Shown one piece after another: positions 54,197-63,559 of a stretch of DNA of 64,000 nt (position 1 is the stretch's first letter; the number at the start of each line of letters is the position of its first letter). This DNA is from an uncultured delta proteobacterium (GTDB taxonomy: Bacteria > Myxococcota > Myxococcia > Myxococcales > Anaeromyxobacteraceae). The stretch spans positions 320,001-384,000 of the forward strand of contig CAVYBH010000012.1 in the NCBI GenBank assembly GCA_963766715.1. The letters run 5' to 3'. A program made the translations under genes and the position numbers. Under the pieces are notes generated by a model that saw only the letters and a list, made by a program, of their open reading frames with translations, did not search any database and was not told where the DNA came from.

Positions 54197-56284
54197 ATGG
54201 CGACGACGGCCAGGTCGAAGGCGAAGAAGCGAACGGTCCCGGCTGGAGCGAAGCGCCCCGCCGCCCGTTCAGTGACCGCCCGTGCCGCGTCCCCCCGGAA
54301 GGCGGAGCAGAAGCGCCAGCCGGCCCGCCCGTCGAAGTCTTCGAGGCCCGCGAAATCCGGGAAGGCCGCAAAGACCGGGAAGGCGCGAAAACCGGGAAGG
54401 CCGCGAAGCCCGCGAGTCGCGTCGCCGCGCCGGGGAAGCCTCCAAGAAGGCCGCCCCGGCCAAGGCCGCCCCGCCGAAAGCCGCAGCGCCGAAGGCCGCA
54501 CCACCCGCCAAGGCGCGCGCCTCGGCGACTCGCGCGGCCGAGCCGGTCGCGCGCCCCCGCCCGGTTCCGCCGTCCGTCGGCGCCCAGACCCTGTCGCTTC
54601 CGGCCGGGCTCGCCAGCGAGGTGAAGGGAACGCTCGCCGAGTGGGGAGCCGGGCGAGAAGATGGCGCGGCTCTGGAGGGGCGACGCCTCGCTCTGGACCG
54701 GCAGGGACGAGGACCGGTGGGTGGGCTGGCTCCGGCTCGTGGAGCAGCAGCGGGCGCGTCGCGAGGAGTTCGGCCGCGTGGCCGAGGACGTCCGGCTCGC
54801 CGGGTTCGGTCACGTCGTCGTCCTGGGCATGGGCGGGTCGAGCCTGTGCCCGGACGTCTTCGCCCGGACCTTCGGCCGGCTCCCGGGATTCCCGCAGCTC
54901 CGGGTGCTCGACTCCACCGTGCCCGCCCAGATCCGCGCGCTCGAGCAGGAGATCGACCTCCGCCGCACGCTCTTCATCGTGGCCTCCAAGTCCGGGACGA
55001 CGCTCGAGCCCGCGGTCCTCCTCGCCTATTTCCTCGATCGGGTGAAGAGCCTCCTGGGAACCGGCGCCGGGAGCCGCTTCGTCGCGATCACCGACCCCGG
55101 CACCGACCTGGAGCGGCTGGCGCAGCGCGAGGGCTTCCGGAAGGTCTTCCACGGCGTTCCCAGCGTGGGGGGGCGCTTCTCCGCCCTTTCCCACTTCGGG
55201 ATGGTCCCGGCCGCCGCCATGGGCGTGAGCGTGCCGCGCCTCCTCGACCGGGCGGTCCTGATGGCCGACGCCTGCGCGGCCGATCGCCCCGCCGACGAGA
55301 ACCCGGGCCTCGTCCTCGGGGTCGCCCTGGGTGCAGCGGCGCGCGACGGTCGCGACAAGCTCACCCTGATCGTCTCGCCCCGGCTGGCCGCGCTGGGCGA
55401 CTGGGTGGAGCAGCTGGTCGCCGAGTCGCTCGGGAAGCACGGGAAGGGCGTCGTCCCGGTGGTCGGCGAGCTTCCCGGCGCCCCGCGAGGCACGGGCGAC
55501 GACCGGTTCTACGTCTACGTCCGGCTGGCGCCGTCGGCCTCTCCGGAGCAGGACCGCGCCGTGACCGCCCTCGAGAAGTCGGGAGCCCCGGTCGTCCGCA
55601 TCGAGGTCGGCGACCCCGCCGACCTCGGCCAGGAGTTCTTCCGCTGGGAGATCGCCACGGCGGTCGCCGGCTCCATCCTCGGCGTGAATCCCTTCGACCA
55701 GCCCGACGTGGAGGCGGCCAAGGTGGCGGCCCGCCGGGTGACGGCGGCCTACGAGGAGAGCGGCTCGCTCCCGCCCGAGATCGTGTCGGTGCAGGGGGAC
55801 GGGCTCCGCGCTGATGGCCGACTCGGGAAACGCCCAGGCCATCGCGGCGGCCGCCCGGGAGCAGACCCCCGCCGGGTGGCTTCGCGCCCACGTCGGCCGG
55901 ATCGGGAAGGGCGACTACCTCGCCATCAGCGCCTTCCTCTCCCAGAGCCCGCAGAACGTCGCCGCGCTCCAGGAGATCCGGGAGGCGATCCACCAGTCGT
56001 CCCGGGCCGCCACCACGCTGGGCTTCGGCCCGCGCTTCCTCCACTCCACGGGGCAGCTGCACAAGGGAGGCCCCAACAGCGGCGTCTTCCTGGTGATCAC
56101 GGCGGACGACGGCGAGCCACTCCCCATCCCGGGCCGGAAGTTCGGCTTCGGCGTGCTCGCCCGGGCGCAGGCCCGGGGAGATCTCGACGTGCTGGCCGAG
56201 CGCGAGCGGCGCGTCCTTCGCGTCCAGCTGGGAACGGACGTCAAGGCCGGGCTGGCGGCGCTGCGCCGCGCCCTCGGGAAGTAG
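54197..56284 (+). CDS. pgi: Glucose-6-phosphate isomerase (Tal-Pgi-fusion-type Pgi domain) with a K/A/P-rich N-terminal extension; ~4 frameshifts
   Basis: GMGGSSL, LDST, SKSGTTLE, ITDPG, GGRFS, EQLVAESLGK, NPFDQPDVE..K, GPRFLHSTGQLHKGGP. Confidence 0.85.
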
Positions 56285-56312
56285 GGGGCGCCCAGGCGCC
56301 CCTCGCCTCACT

Positions 56313-57725
56313 TCACGGCGTGAGCTGGCCGAGGATCTTCGGGTCCTTCTCGTCGACCGCCAGCAGGGAGTGGCAGAGCGAGCAGTCCTGCGAGATGGCC
56401 TTGCCCTGGGCGTCGACGTGCTCGCCGTCGTGGCAGCGGAAGCACCCCGGCGCCTGGTCGTGCCCGAGGTAGCTCGGGTAGGTGCCCCAGGTGATCTTCA
56501 TCGAGGGCCAGACGTTCCAGCAGTAGATGTCGCCGAGCGCCGCGGCCGCCGCCTTCGCGCCGGCCTCGCGGGCCGGGTAGGCCGCCGGGTCGAGCTGGCG
56601 GTAGAAGTCGGTGACCTGCTTCTCGATGCCGGCCCGGGCCGCGTCGTGGCTGGGATAGGCGACCTGGAGCGCCTTCATCCCCTCGCGCTTGATCCACGGG
56701 AGCGTGGCGTCGATGCGGTGGGCCTGGATGGCCTGGTCGATCTCGGGGGCCGCCTCCCGGAAGCGGTGGGTGGGCCGGTTGTGGCAATCGACGCAGTCCA
56801 TCAGCCGCCACTCCGCCTGCGGCGGGAGGGAGGCGGGGGTGGCCTTGGTGCGGAAGACGTTGGACTTCCCGTCGGCCCAGGTCGCCTCCACCGTGTTGAT
56901 CTCCTTGCGGTCGGCGGACGCGAGGTAGCGGATGTGGACGCCCGCGGCGACGTGGGCGTGGATGCCCTGGATCGGGCCGACGGCGGTCTGCCCGCCTCCC
57001 ACGTGGAGCAGGACCACCGACTTCTTCTCCGTGTTCGGCTCGTCGTCCGCGTAGCTCGTGGTGACCCTCAGGCGATCCCCGGTGAACTTGGACGGCCAGT
57101 GACACTCCTCGCAGGTCTCGCGGGCCGGGCGCAGGTTGTGGATCGGCACCGGGATGGGGCGCTGGTAGAGGTCGAAGGAGACCGAGACGAGCTGCCAGGC
57201 GCCGGACAGCTTCGACTTCACGAACCAGCTCGCTCCCTCGCCGATGTGGCAGCCGGCGCAGGAGACGCGCGCGTGCGGCGAGCGCTTGTAGGCCGTGAAC
57301 TCGGGGTCCATGACCGAGTGGCAGGAGCCGCAGAAGGCGGGCGACTCCATCACGTGAAGGCCCTTGTATCCGGCCACCCCCAGGACGAGGAGGTTCACCG
57401 CCGAGAGGACCGCGAAGATGAGGACGCGGCGCCGGGTGAGGTCGTCGTTGAAGTCGATGATGGGGAGGTGGGGAATCTCCTCGCCTCGCTCGGCGGCGAG
57501 GCGGGCCCGCCGCCGGGCCAGCCAGGTCCCGAAGGGGATCAGGACGAGCCCCAGGATGAAGAAGGCCGGGAGCACCAGGAAGGCGAAGATGCCGATGTAG
57601 GGGCTTCCCACGTAGCCCTGCATGGCGGCGGCGGCCAGGCCGAGGATCAGGATGCCCGACACCGTGGTCATCGCGGCGCCGAGGATGCCGAGGGTGGTCC
57701 TGGGGATGCTGGGTGCGTGCTTCAC
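56313..57725 (-). CDS. Membrane-anchored hexaheme cytochrome c, NapC/NirT-like N-terminal part
   Basis: 3 TM helices; six CxxCH (CGSCH, CAGCH, CEECH, CVDCH, CFRCH, CSLCH); LRPARETC, HNRPTH; SD GGAGG. Confidence 0.9.
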   Translation of the reverse strand: MKHAPSIPRTTLGILGAAMTTVSGILILGLAAAAMQGYVGSPYIGIFAFLVLPAFFILGLVLIPFGTWLARRRARLAAERGEEIPHLPIIDFNDDLTRRRVLIFAVLSAVNLLVLGVAGYKGLHVMESPAFCGSCHSVMDPEFTAYKRSPHARVSCAGCHIGEGASWFVKSKLSGAWQLVSVSFDLYQRPIPVPIHNLRPARETCEECHWPSKFTGDRLRVTTSYADDEPNTEKKSVVLLHVGGGQTAVGPIQGIHAHVAAGVHIRYLASADRKEINTVEATWADGKSNVFRTKATPASLPPQAEWRLMDCVDCHNRPTHRFREAAPEIDQAIQAHRIDATLPWIKREGMKALQVAYPSHDAARAGIEKQVTDFYRQLDPAAYPAREAGAKAAAAALGDIYCWNVWPSMKITWGTYPSYLGHDQAPGCFRCHDGEHVDAQGKAISQDCSLCHSLLAVDEKDPKILGQLTP

Positions 57726-57847
57726 GAGGCCTCCGGTGCGGAACTTCGGGGGCGACAGTCTCTCACGCCTTGGAAGGGATGTGTCGGGACGGATGGGGTG
57801 CGGAGTAGCATGCAGGGGCCCGGCCTCGTCCGGAGCGGGAGGCGAAC

Positions 57848-58441
57848 ATGATCGCTGCGCTCATCCTCGCCAGCGGGGCACGACCTGCCGGGCGGGCTTC
57901 CACGGCGAGGTCGGCCTCGGCCGGCTTCGCGCGCCTGGCCGGGCAGTGGCTGGCCCTCCGGTCCGCGGGGCTCGACCCGCTCCGGATCGCCATCGGGAAG
58001 GAGGAGGAGGCCCTGGCCTCGGGATTCGGTCTCTCCCGGGAGAACTTCGTCCTGGACCGGTCCCGGACGCGAAACGCCTTCTCCGGGCTGCAGGCAGGCC
58101 TCGAGGCGCTGCTCGCGGCGGACGACTGGTCCGCGGTGATCGTCCAGCCGGTGGCCTCGTCGCCGCCGCATCCCTCCCTCGTCCTGGCGCTCGTGGAGCG
58201 GTTCGCGGAGGGAGACGCCGCCGCGGTGGTTCCGTCCCACCGCCGCCGGCGCGGGTTCCCGGTGCTCCTCGCCCGCACCACCGCGGAGGCCCTGCTCGAC
58301 CTCGACGCCCGGCAGGCCCGCGTCGACGAGGTGCTGGCCAGCCTCGAGGAGGTGGGCGCCGCCGTCCGGCTGGAGGCGTACACCGACGAGGTCCTTCCGC
58401 CGCGCGCCCGCAGGCGTGCGCCGGGGCGGCGGCGCGGATGA
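57848..58441 (+). CDS. Degenerate MobA/MocA-like nucleotidyltransferase family protein
   Basis: MIAALILASG, FSGLQAGL, VVPSH..RRGFPVL; stop overlaps the next ATG. Confidence 0.55.
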   Translation: MIAALILASGARPAGRASTARSASAGFARLAGQWLALRSAGLDPLRIAIGKEEEALASGFGLSRENFVLDRSRTRNAFSGLQAGLEALLAADDWSAVIVQPVASSPPHPSLVLALVERFAEGDAAAVVPSHRRRRGFPVLLARTTAEALLDLDARQARVDEVLASLEEVGAAVRLEAYTDEVLPPRARRRAPGRRRG

Positions 58442-59463
58442 CCCGTTCCGCGAACGTCGTGGTCGTGGGCGCCGGCGTCTCCGGCCTGGCCTGCGCCCGG
58501 GAGCTGGCCGATGCGGGAATCGCGCCCGAGGTCGTCGACCGGGCGAGAGGCGTCGGCGGGCGGTGCGCGACGCGCCGGCTCGAGGGACTCGCCTTCGACA
58601 TCGGGGTCTCCTTCCTCCATGGAAGCGACCCGGACTTCCTGGCCGCCGTGGCCCGCGTGCCGGGATCGCGGATCGCGGGCTGGCCGCGCGCCATCCGCGG
58701 GACGGGGCGCCCCTGCCAGGCGGAGGCCTTCCAGGGGGGAGAGCAACGCCAGTCGCTCGGCGACGGGGTGAATGCGTTCCCGAAGCACCTGGCCCGCGGC
58801 CTCGCCATCCGCACGCAGGCGACGGTCGAGCGTCTCGACCTGTCCGGCGAGCTGCCGCGGATCGCGCTCGCTGGAGGAGAGACGATCGCGGCGCGCCACC
58901 TGGTGCTCGCGCTGGCCCCGGAGCAGGTGCTGCGCCTCCTCGAGGAGGTCGAGGATCTTCCGCGGCCGCTCGCGTCGGTGCGGGCGCTCCTCGAGACCTC
59001 CGCGAGCGAGCCCTCGCTCTCCCTGTGCGCGGTCTACGCGGCGGGGACCCCGGCTCCCGAGTGGGACGCCTGCTACCCGGAGGACTCGGACGTCCTCCAG
59101 TTCGTGGCGCACGAGTCGCGCAAGCGGGACGCACCTGCGTCGCTCGGGCTCGTCCTGCAGGCGCGGCCGGGCTGGGCCCGGAGGCACCTCGACGATCCGG
59201 ACTGGCCCCAGGCGCTGCTCGCCGAGGCGGGCCGGCTCCTCGGCGAGTGGTCGGCGCGCCCCTCCGCCACCCACGCACACCGCTGGCGTTTCGCCCGCAC
59301 CGATCTCTCCGCCGAGCTGGCGGGTCCGGTCCTCGTCCGGCTCGCGTCCGGCGGCCACGTGGGCATCTGCGGGGATCGATTCGCGCGGGGTGGCGGCGTC
59401 GAGGCCGCCTGGCTATCCGGAAGAGAGCTCGGGCGGCGCATCGCGGCCCTGGAGGTGGCATGA
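58438..59463 (+). CDS. Renalase-like NAD(P)/FAD-dependent oxidoreductase
   Basis: VVGAGVSGLACA, GVGGRCATRR, FDIG, HRWRFA, CGD....GGVEAAWLSG. Confidence 0.88.
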   Translation: MTRSANVVVVGAGVSGLACARELADAGIAPEVVDRARGVGGRCATRRLEGLAFDIGVSFLHGSDPDFLAAVARVPGSRIAGWPRAIRGTGRPCQAEAFQGGEQRQSLGDGVNAFPKHLARGLAIRTQATVERLDLSGELPRIALAGGETIAARHLVLALAPEQVLRLLEEVEDLPRPLASVRALLETSASEPSLSLCAVYAAGTPAPEWDACYPEDSDVLQFVAHESRKRDAPASLGLVLQARPGWARRHLDDPDWPQALLAEAGRLLGEWSARPSATHAHRWRFARTDLSAELAGPVLVRLASGGHVGICGDRFARGGGVEAAWLSGRELGRRIAALEVA

Positions 59464-60197
59464 CGTCCCAGAAGGCTCCGGTGGATGCGCTCCAGGCGCT
59501 GGTGATCCGGGATCGCGACCACGAGTGCGATGGATTCGGGCCCTCCCGGGTCTGCGTGCGGGTGGTGGCCGTGGCCGCGCTCCCCACGCGGTTCGGGCCG
59601 TTCCGGCTGGTGGGGTTCTGGAACAACCGGGACGGGAAGGAGCACGTCGCCCTCGTGCACGGCGAGGTGGTGGGCGCCCAGGACGTCCCGGTCCGGCTTC
59701 ACTCGGAGTGCTTGACCGGCGACGTGATGGGCTCCCTGCGCTGCGATTGCCGCGACCAGCTCACCGAGGGGCTGCGCGCCATCCAGCGGGGGGAGCGGGG
59801 GATCCTCCTCTACCTGCGCCAGGAGGGGCGGGGGATCGGGCTCCTCAACAAGATCCGGGCCTACGCGCTCCAGGAGCAGGGCCTCGACACCGTCGAGGCC
59901 AACCAGGCGCTCGGCTTCCGCGACGACGAGCGGGATTACGCGGTGGCCGCCCACATGCTCCGCAGCCTCGAGGTGGGGTCGGTGCGGGTGGTGACGAACA
60001 ACCCCGACAAGATCCGGCAGCTCGAGCAGCACGGGGTGAAGGTGACCGGGCGGATCCCGCACGTCATCCCGCCGAACGAGTACAACCGCTTCTACCTGGA
60101 GACGAAGGCCAGGCGGTCCGGGCACATGATCGACCTCACCGAGGAGCGGATCGCCGAGCAGAGCGACCCGGTGCTCGTCGAGGGGATGCCCCGCTAG
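59460..60197 (+). CDS. ribA: GTP cyclohydrolase II
   Basis: LPTRFG, RLHSECLTGD..GSLRCDC, YLRQEGRGIGL.NK..AY.LQ, TNNPDK. Confidence 0.95.
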   Translation: MTSQKAPVDALQALVIRDRDHECDGFGPSRVCVRVVAVAALPTRFGPFRLVGFWNNRDGKEHVALVHGEVVGAQDVPVRLHSECLTGDVMGSLRCDCRDQLTEGLRAIQRGERGILLYLRQEGRGIGLLNKIRAYALQEQGLDTVEANQALGFRDDERDYAVAAHMLRSLEVGSVRVVTNNPDKIRQLEQHGVKVTGRIPHVIPPNEYNRFYLETKARRSGHMIDLTEERIAEQSDPVLVEGMPR

Positions 60198-60210
60198 CGA
60201 GGGGCTCGCG

Positions 60211-60742
60211 CTACCGACCGCGCCGGTACGCGCGGATCGACGCGAATCTCGAGCTGGAAGGCGCCGGCCTGCCGGTCGGCCAGCAGCAGCCCGAAGGACG
60301 ACACCCGGGACGGCTCGAGGGCTGGCGCACCCGGCACGGGGCGCCCGCGCCAGGTCGCGTGAAACCCGGCGAGCGGAAGGCGGACCTCCTCCCACTCGCC
60401 CGGCCGGGTGGCGAAGCGGGACTGGTAGGCCACGGCGTCGAACCAGGGGTCGGTCCGGACGGCGAGCTTGTAGACGCGCCCGTCCCCGCGAACCTCGAGC
60501 AGGATCCCCTCGTGCGCGGAGAGGTCGTAGAGCCCGGGCGCGGAGCGGATGGAGGCGAAGCCTCCGCCGCGGTCGAGCGAGAGCACGCCCATGAACCGGG
60601 CGAGGCCGTCCGGGGACGGCTGGAGCCTTCCCGACGAGGCCCCGCCCATCACGGGGTCGCCGACGGATTCCCAGGCCTGCGCCAGCAGCGGGTCGTCGAA
60701 GTCGAACAGGGTGTCGAGCAGGTCGCTCGCGGTCCGGAGCAT
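60211..60742 (-). CDS. CIA30 (NDUFAF1-like) family protein; probable frameshift ~60245
   Basis: D.VMGG.S, GGGFASIR, RGDGR.YK, RGR; joined end F.LEI|ASIRAYRRGR* (unjoined ORF ends at 60194). Confidence 0.88.
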
Positions 60743-60802
60743 GCCCCGGTCTTATGATCCGGCGGCCCGGGGCGCCAATCCCCAGGGGAGGGTGGACATC
60801 GA

Positions 60803-61657
60803 ATGCACGTGCTCGTGGCGGGTGCCGGCTGGCTGGGACGGATTGTGGCCCGCAGGCTGGCGGAGGGAGGGCACCGCGTCACCGCGGTTCGCCGGGATCC
60901 GGCGCTGGCGGCGGCGCTCGCGTCTCCCGGGGTGGAGCCGCTGGCGCTCGACCTCTCGGCTCCGGGAGCGTGGGAACGGCTGCCTGGAGATCTCGACGCG
61001 GTCGTCGCCTGCCAGAGCCCGGGAGGCGCCGGGCTACCGGCGTACAGGCGCGCCTACGTCGACTGCAACCGGCTCTTGCTCGAAGGGCTGCGGCGCGCGG
61101 GGCGGCCGGCGACGCTCCTCTACACCAGCTCGACCGGCGTCTTCGGCCAGCGGGATGGCGGCGAGGTCGACGAGGAGACGCCGCCTTTGCCGACCAGCGC
61201 GGAGTCGGAGGTGCTGGTCGAGGCGGAGCAACTGGTCCTCGCCGGGGCCGGCCCGGGGGTTCGCGGCCTGGTCCTGCGCCTCTCCGGCCTCTACGGGCCC
61301 GGGAGGTACTGGCCGCTCGACCGGGTTCGCTCCGGCCACATCGCGCTCGGTCCGGGAGACGGTGCGTGGCTCAACCTGTGCCATCTCGAGGACGCGGCCT
61401 CCGCCGTGCTGGCGGGGCTCTCTCGCGGCGCGGCGGGCCGGGTCTACCACGCGACCGACGCGGAGCCCGTCCGCCGGCGCGACCTGGCGCGATGGGTCTC
61501 CGGCCGGCTGGGGACCCCGCCGCCCAGGCTTCCAGCGGACGCCCAGGCGCCCCCGATGCCGGACCGCCGTGTCCGGGGCGAGCGCAGCCGGGAGGAACTC
61601 GGGCTCGTGCTCCGCTTCCCGACCTTCCGGGAGGGGCTCGCCGAGGCGCTCGCCTAG
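60803..61657 (+). CDS. NAD-dependent epimerase/dehydratase (atypical SDR, YeeZ-like)
   Basis: VAGAGWLG, YTSSTGVFG, RLSGLYGPGR, H.ED.A, FPTFREGL. Confidence 0.88.
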   Translation: MHVLVAGAGWLGRIVARRLAEGGHRVTAVRRDPALAAALASPGVEPLALDLSAPGAWERLPGDLDAVVACQSPGGAGLPAYRRAYVDCNRLLLEGLRRAGRPATLLYTSSTGVFGQRDGGEVDEETPPLPTSAESEVLVEAEQLVLAGAGPGVRGLVLRLSGLYGPGRYWPLDRVRSGHIALGPGDGAWLNLCHLEDAASAVLAGLSRGAAGRVYHATDAEPVRRRDLARWVSGRLGTPPPRLPADAQAPPMPDRRVRGERSREELGLVLRFPTFREGLAEALA

Positions 61658-61658
61658 A

Positions 61659-62579
61659 CTAGCGACCGTTCCGGACGGGCAGGTCCTGCGCCGCGCCGCC
61701 CTCGCCGAACAACTGGCGCAGCAGCTTCACCGCGAGAGGGATCGACGCGGCCAGGATCGCGCCCGCCACCAGGTCGATCGCGTAGTGCAGGGAGAGGTAG
61801 ACGGTGGCGAAGATGATGCCCACCACCGAGAGGGCGAGGGGGACCCGGACCTTCCAGCTGGGGAAGAGGCGCCAGCCGTACCCGAGGTAGACGAGGGAGA
61901 GCGCCGTGTGGCCGCTCGGGAAGGCGTCGAGCTGGTTCACCTCGGCGGCGCGCAGGAAGTCGCGGACCCGGGCGCTGAAGGTACCGCCCCCGAGCACCTG
62001 GAGCTCGAGCTCGGTGGGCACGCGCGGGCCGGAGGTGGGCACCAGGAAGTACCCCACGTAGGAGAGGAGCAACGTGGAGATGAGGACGAACCCGAGGTCG
62101 TCGAAATCCTTCCACCGTCCCTGGACCCAGAGCGCGATGCACATGCCGAAGGGGATGAAGTAGTAGCTCACGTAGAAGAGGGAGGCGCCGTCGGTGAGCC
62201 AGTTGGGGCGCCCGAGGAGGTGCCTCCAGGCCGGGACGAGCGGCCCGAACCACGCCGCGTCGATCGAGGCCATGGTGGCGTCCCACCGCGCGGGATTGAG
62301 CACGCCGATGAGCGGCCCGGCCACGTTGAAGATGACGACGACGATGGGCAGGGGAAGGAAGGCGTGGGCCACCCGGCCGAGCTCGGAGTGGCGCGCCCAG
62401 GCCGCGGCGGCGACGAAGAGGGTCGACAGGATGCCGAGCAGGACGAGGAAGTGCAGCGGCTCGTCGTGCGCGAAGGCCGCCACCAGGGCCAGGAAGCCCA
62501 TGAAGGCGAGCATCATCTTGTCGAGGGGGGCGAACCACGAGAGGAATCCCACCCGCTCCGCCCGGCTTTCCAGCTCCAT
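61659..62579 (-). CDS. PAP2-superfamily membrane phosphoesterase (Aur1/Ipt1-like)
   Basis: Multiple TM; P..GPR, DAFPSGH, TVYL..HY..D motifs. Confidence 0.85.
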   Translation of the reverse strand: MELESRAERVGFLSWFAPLDKMMLAFMGFLALVAAFAHDEPLHFLVLLGILSTLFVAAAAWARHSELGRVAHAFLPLPIVVVIFNVAGPLIGVLNPARWDATMASIDAAWFGPLVPAWRHLLGRPNWLTDGASLFYVSYYFIPFGMCIALWVQGRWKDFDDLGFVLISTLLLSYVGYFLVPTSGPRVPTELELQVLGGGTFSARVRDFLRAAEVNQLDAFPSGHTALSLVYLGYGWRLFPSWKVRVPLALSVVGIIFATVYLSLHYAIDLVAGAILAASIPLAVKLLRQLFGEGGAAQDLPVRNGR

Positions 62580-62731
62580 TCGCGTTCCGTCCTCAGGCCA
62601 AAAGGTCGCGCAGTCTACTCGATCGTCCGCGGGCCAAGGCAAGGGCGCCGGGCGCAAAGTGGACCCAATGGGGTGTGTTTGGGTCGAATCCGTGGAAACG
62701 AATCGGCAAATTCGACAATTCCTTGGCTGGG

Positions 62732-63559
62732 ATGACCCATCGGCTGCTCACCAGCGCTGAAGTCGCGAAGATCCTCGGAGTCACGGCAGGTTCCGTGAAG
62801 CGATGGGCCGATCTCGGACTCCTCCGGTGCGCCCGCACGGTCGGCCGGCACCGGCGCTTCGACCCCGTGGAGGTCGAGAGGTTCCGCAAGGACCAGACCG
62901 GCGAGGTCCAGCCCACCCACGGACCGGACGTGGAGGGCTGGCTCGACTTGCTGCTCTCCGACTCCGACCCGCACCAGCTCCTCGCCACCCTCTACTCGGA
63001 GCGGGCCCGGCTCGGCGCCTGGTGGAAGGTCGCCGAGTCCCTCTCGGCGGTCCTGGAGGAGATTGGGGAGCGCTGGACGGAGGGGTCGCTCTCCATCCTC
63101 GAGGAGCACGTGGCGAGCGAGAGGCTCTCCCGGATCCTGGCCCAGGTGTCGGACCAGCTTCCTTCCCGGCCCGGCGCGCCGCGCCTGCTCTTGACCACCG
63201 CCGAGGGGGAGGAGCACACCCTCGGGCTCTCCCTCGCGGAGATGGTCATCCGCGAGCACGGCTGGCCCGTCCTCTGGGCGGGGCGGCGGGTGCCGCTCTC
63301 CGAGATCGTCGCCCACGTGGCGAGCGGCGCGGTCGACGCCGTGGCCGTGTCGGCGAGCGGGATCGCGGACCCGGGCGACCTGCTGGCCCAGACCGAGCGG
63401 CTCGGCGCGATCTGCCGGGCGGGTGAGGTCCACCTCCTGCTCGGCGGGTCCGGACCCTGGCCGGAGTGGATTCCCTACGGCGCCCGCGTCGTGACCTTCC
63501 AGGAGCTGCGCGGCTGGCTGAAGGTGGTGGAGACCGGATCGGCGCCGGAACCGGCGTGA
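62732..63559 (+). CDS. MerR/BldC-type HTH + cobalamin-binding regulator (CarH/LitR-like)
   Basis: LLTSAEVA..LGV...VKRWAD.G.L...RT.GRHRRF; W-x9-EH (63074-63109); ExHxxG (EEHTLG); GG in the Rossmann domain. Confidence 0.85.
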   Translation: MTHRLLTSAEVAKILGVTAGSVKRWADLGLLRCARTVGRHRRFDPVEVERFRKDQTGEVQPTHGPDVEGWLDLLLSDSDPHQLLATLYSERARLGAWWKVAESLSAVLEEIGERWTEGSLSILEEHVASERLSRILAQVSDQLPSRPGAPRLLLTTAEGEEHTLGLSLAEMVIREHGWPVLWAGRRVPLSEIVAHVASGAVDAVAVSASGIADPGDLLAQTERLGAICRAGEVHLLLGGSGPWPEWIPYGARVVTFQELRGWLKVVETGSAPEPA

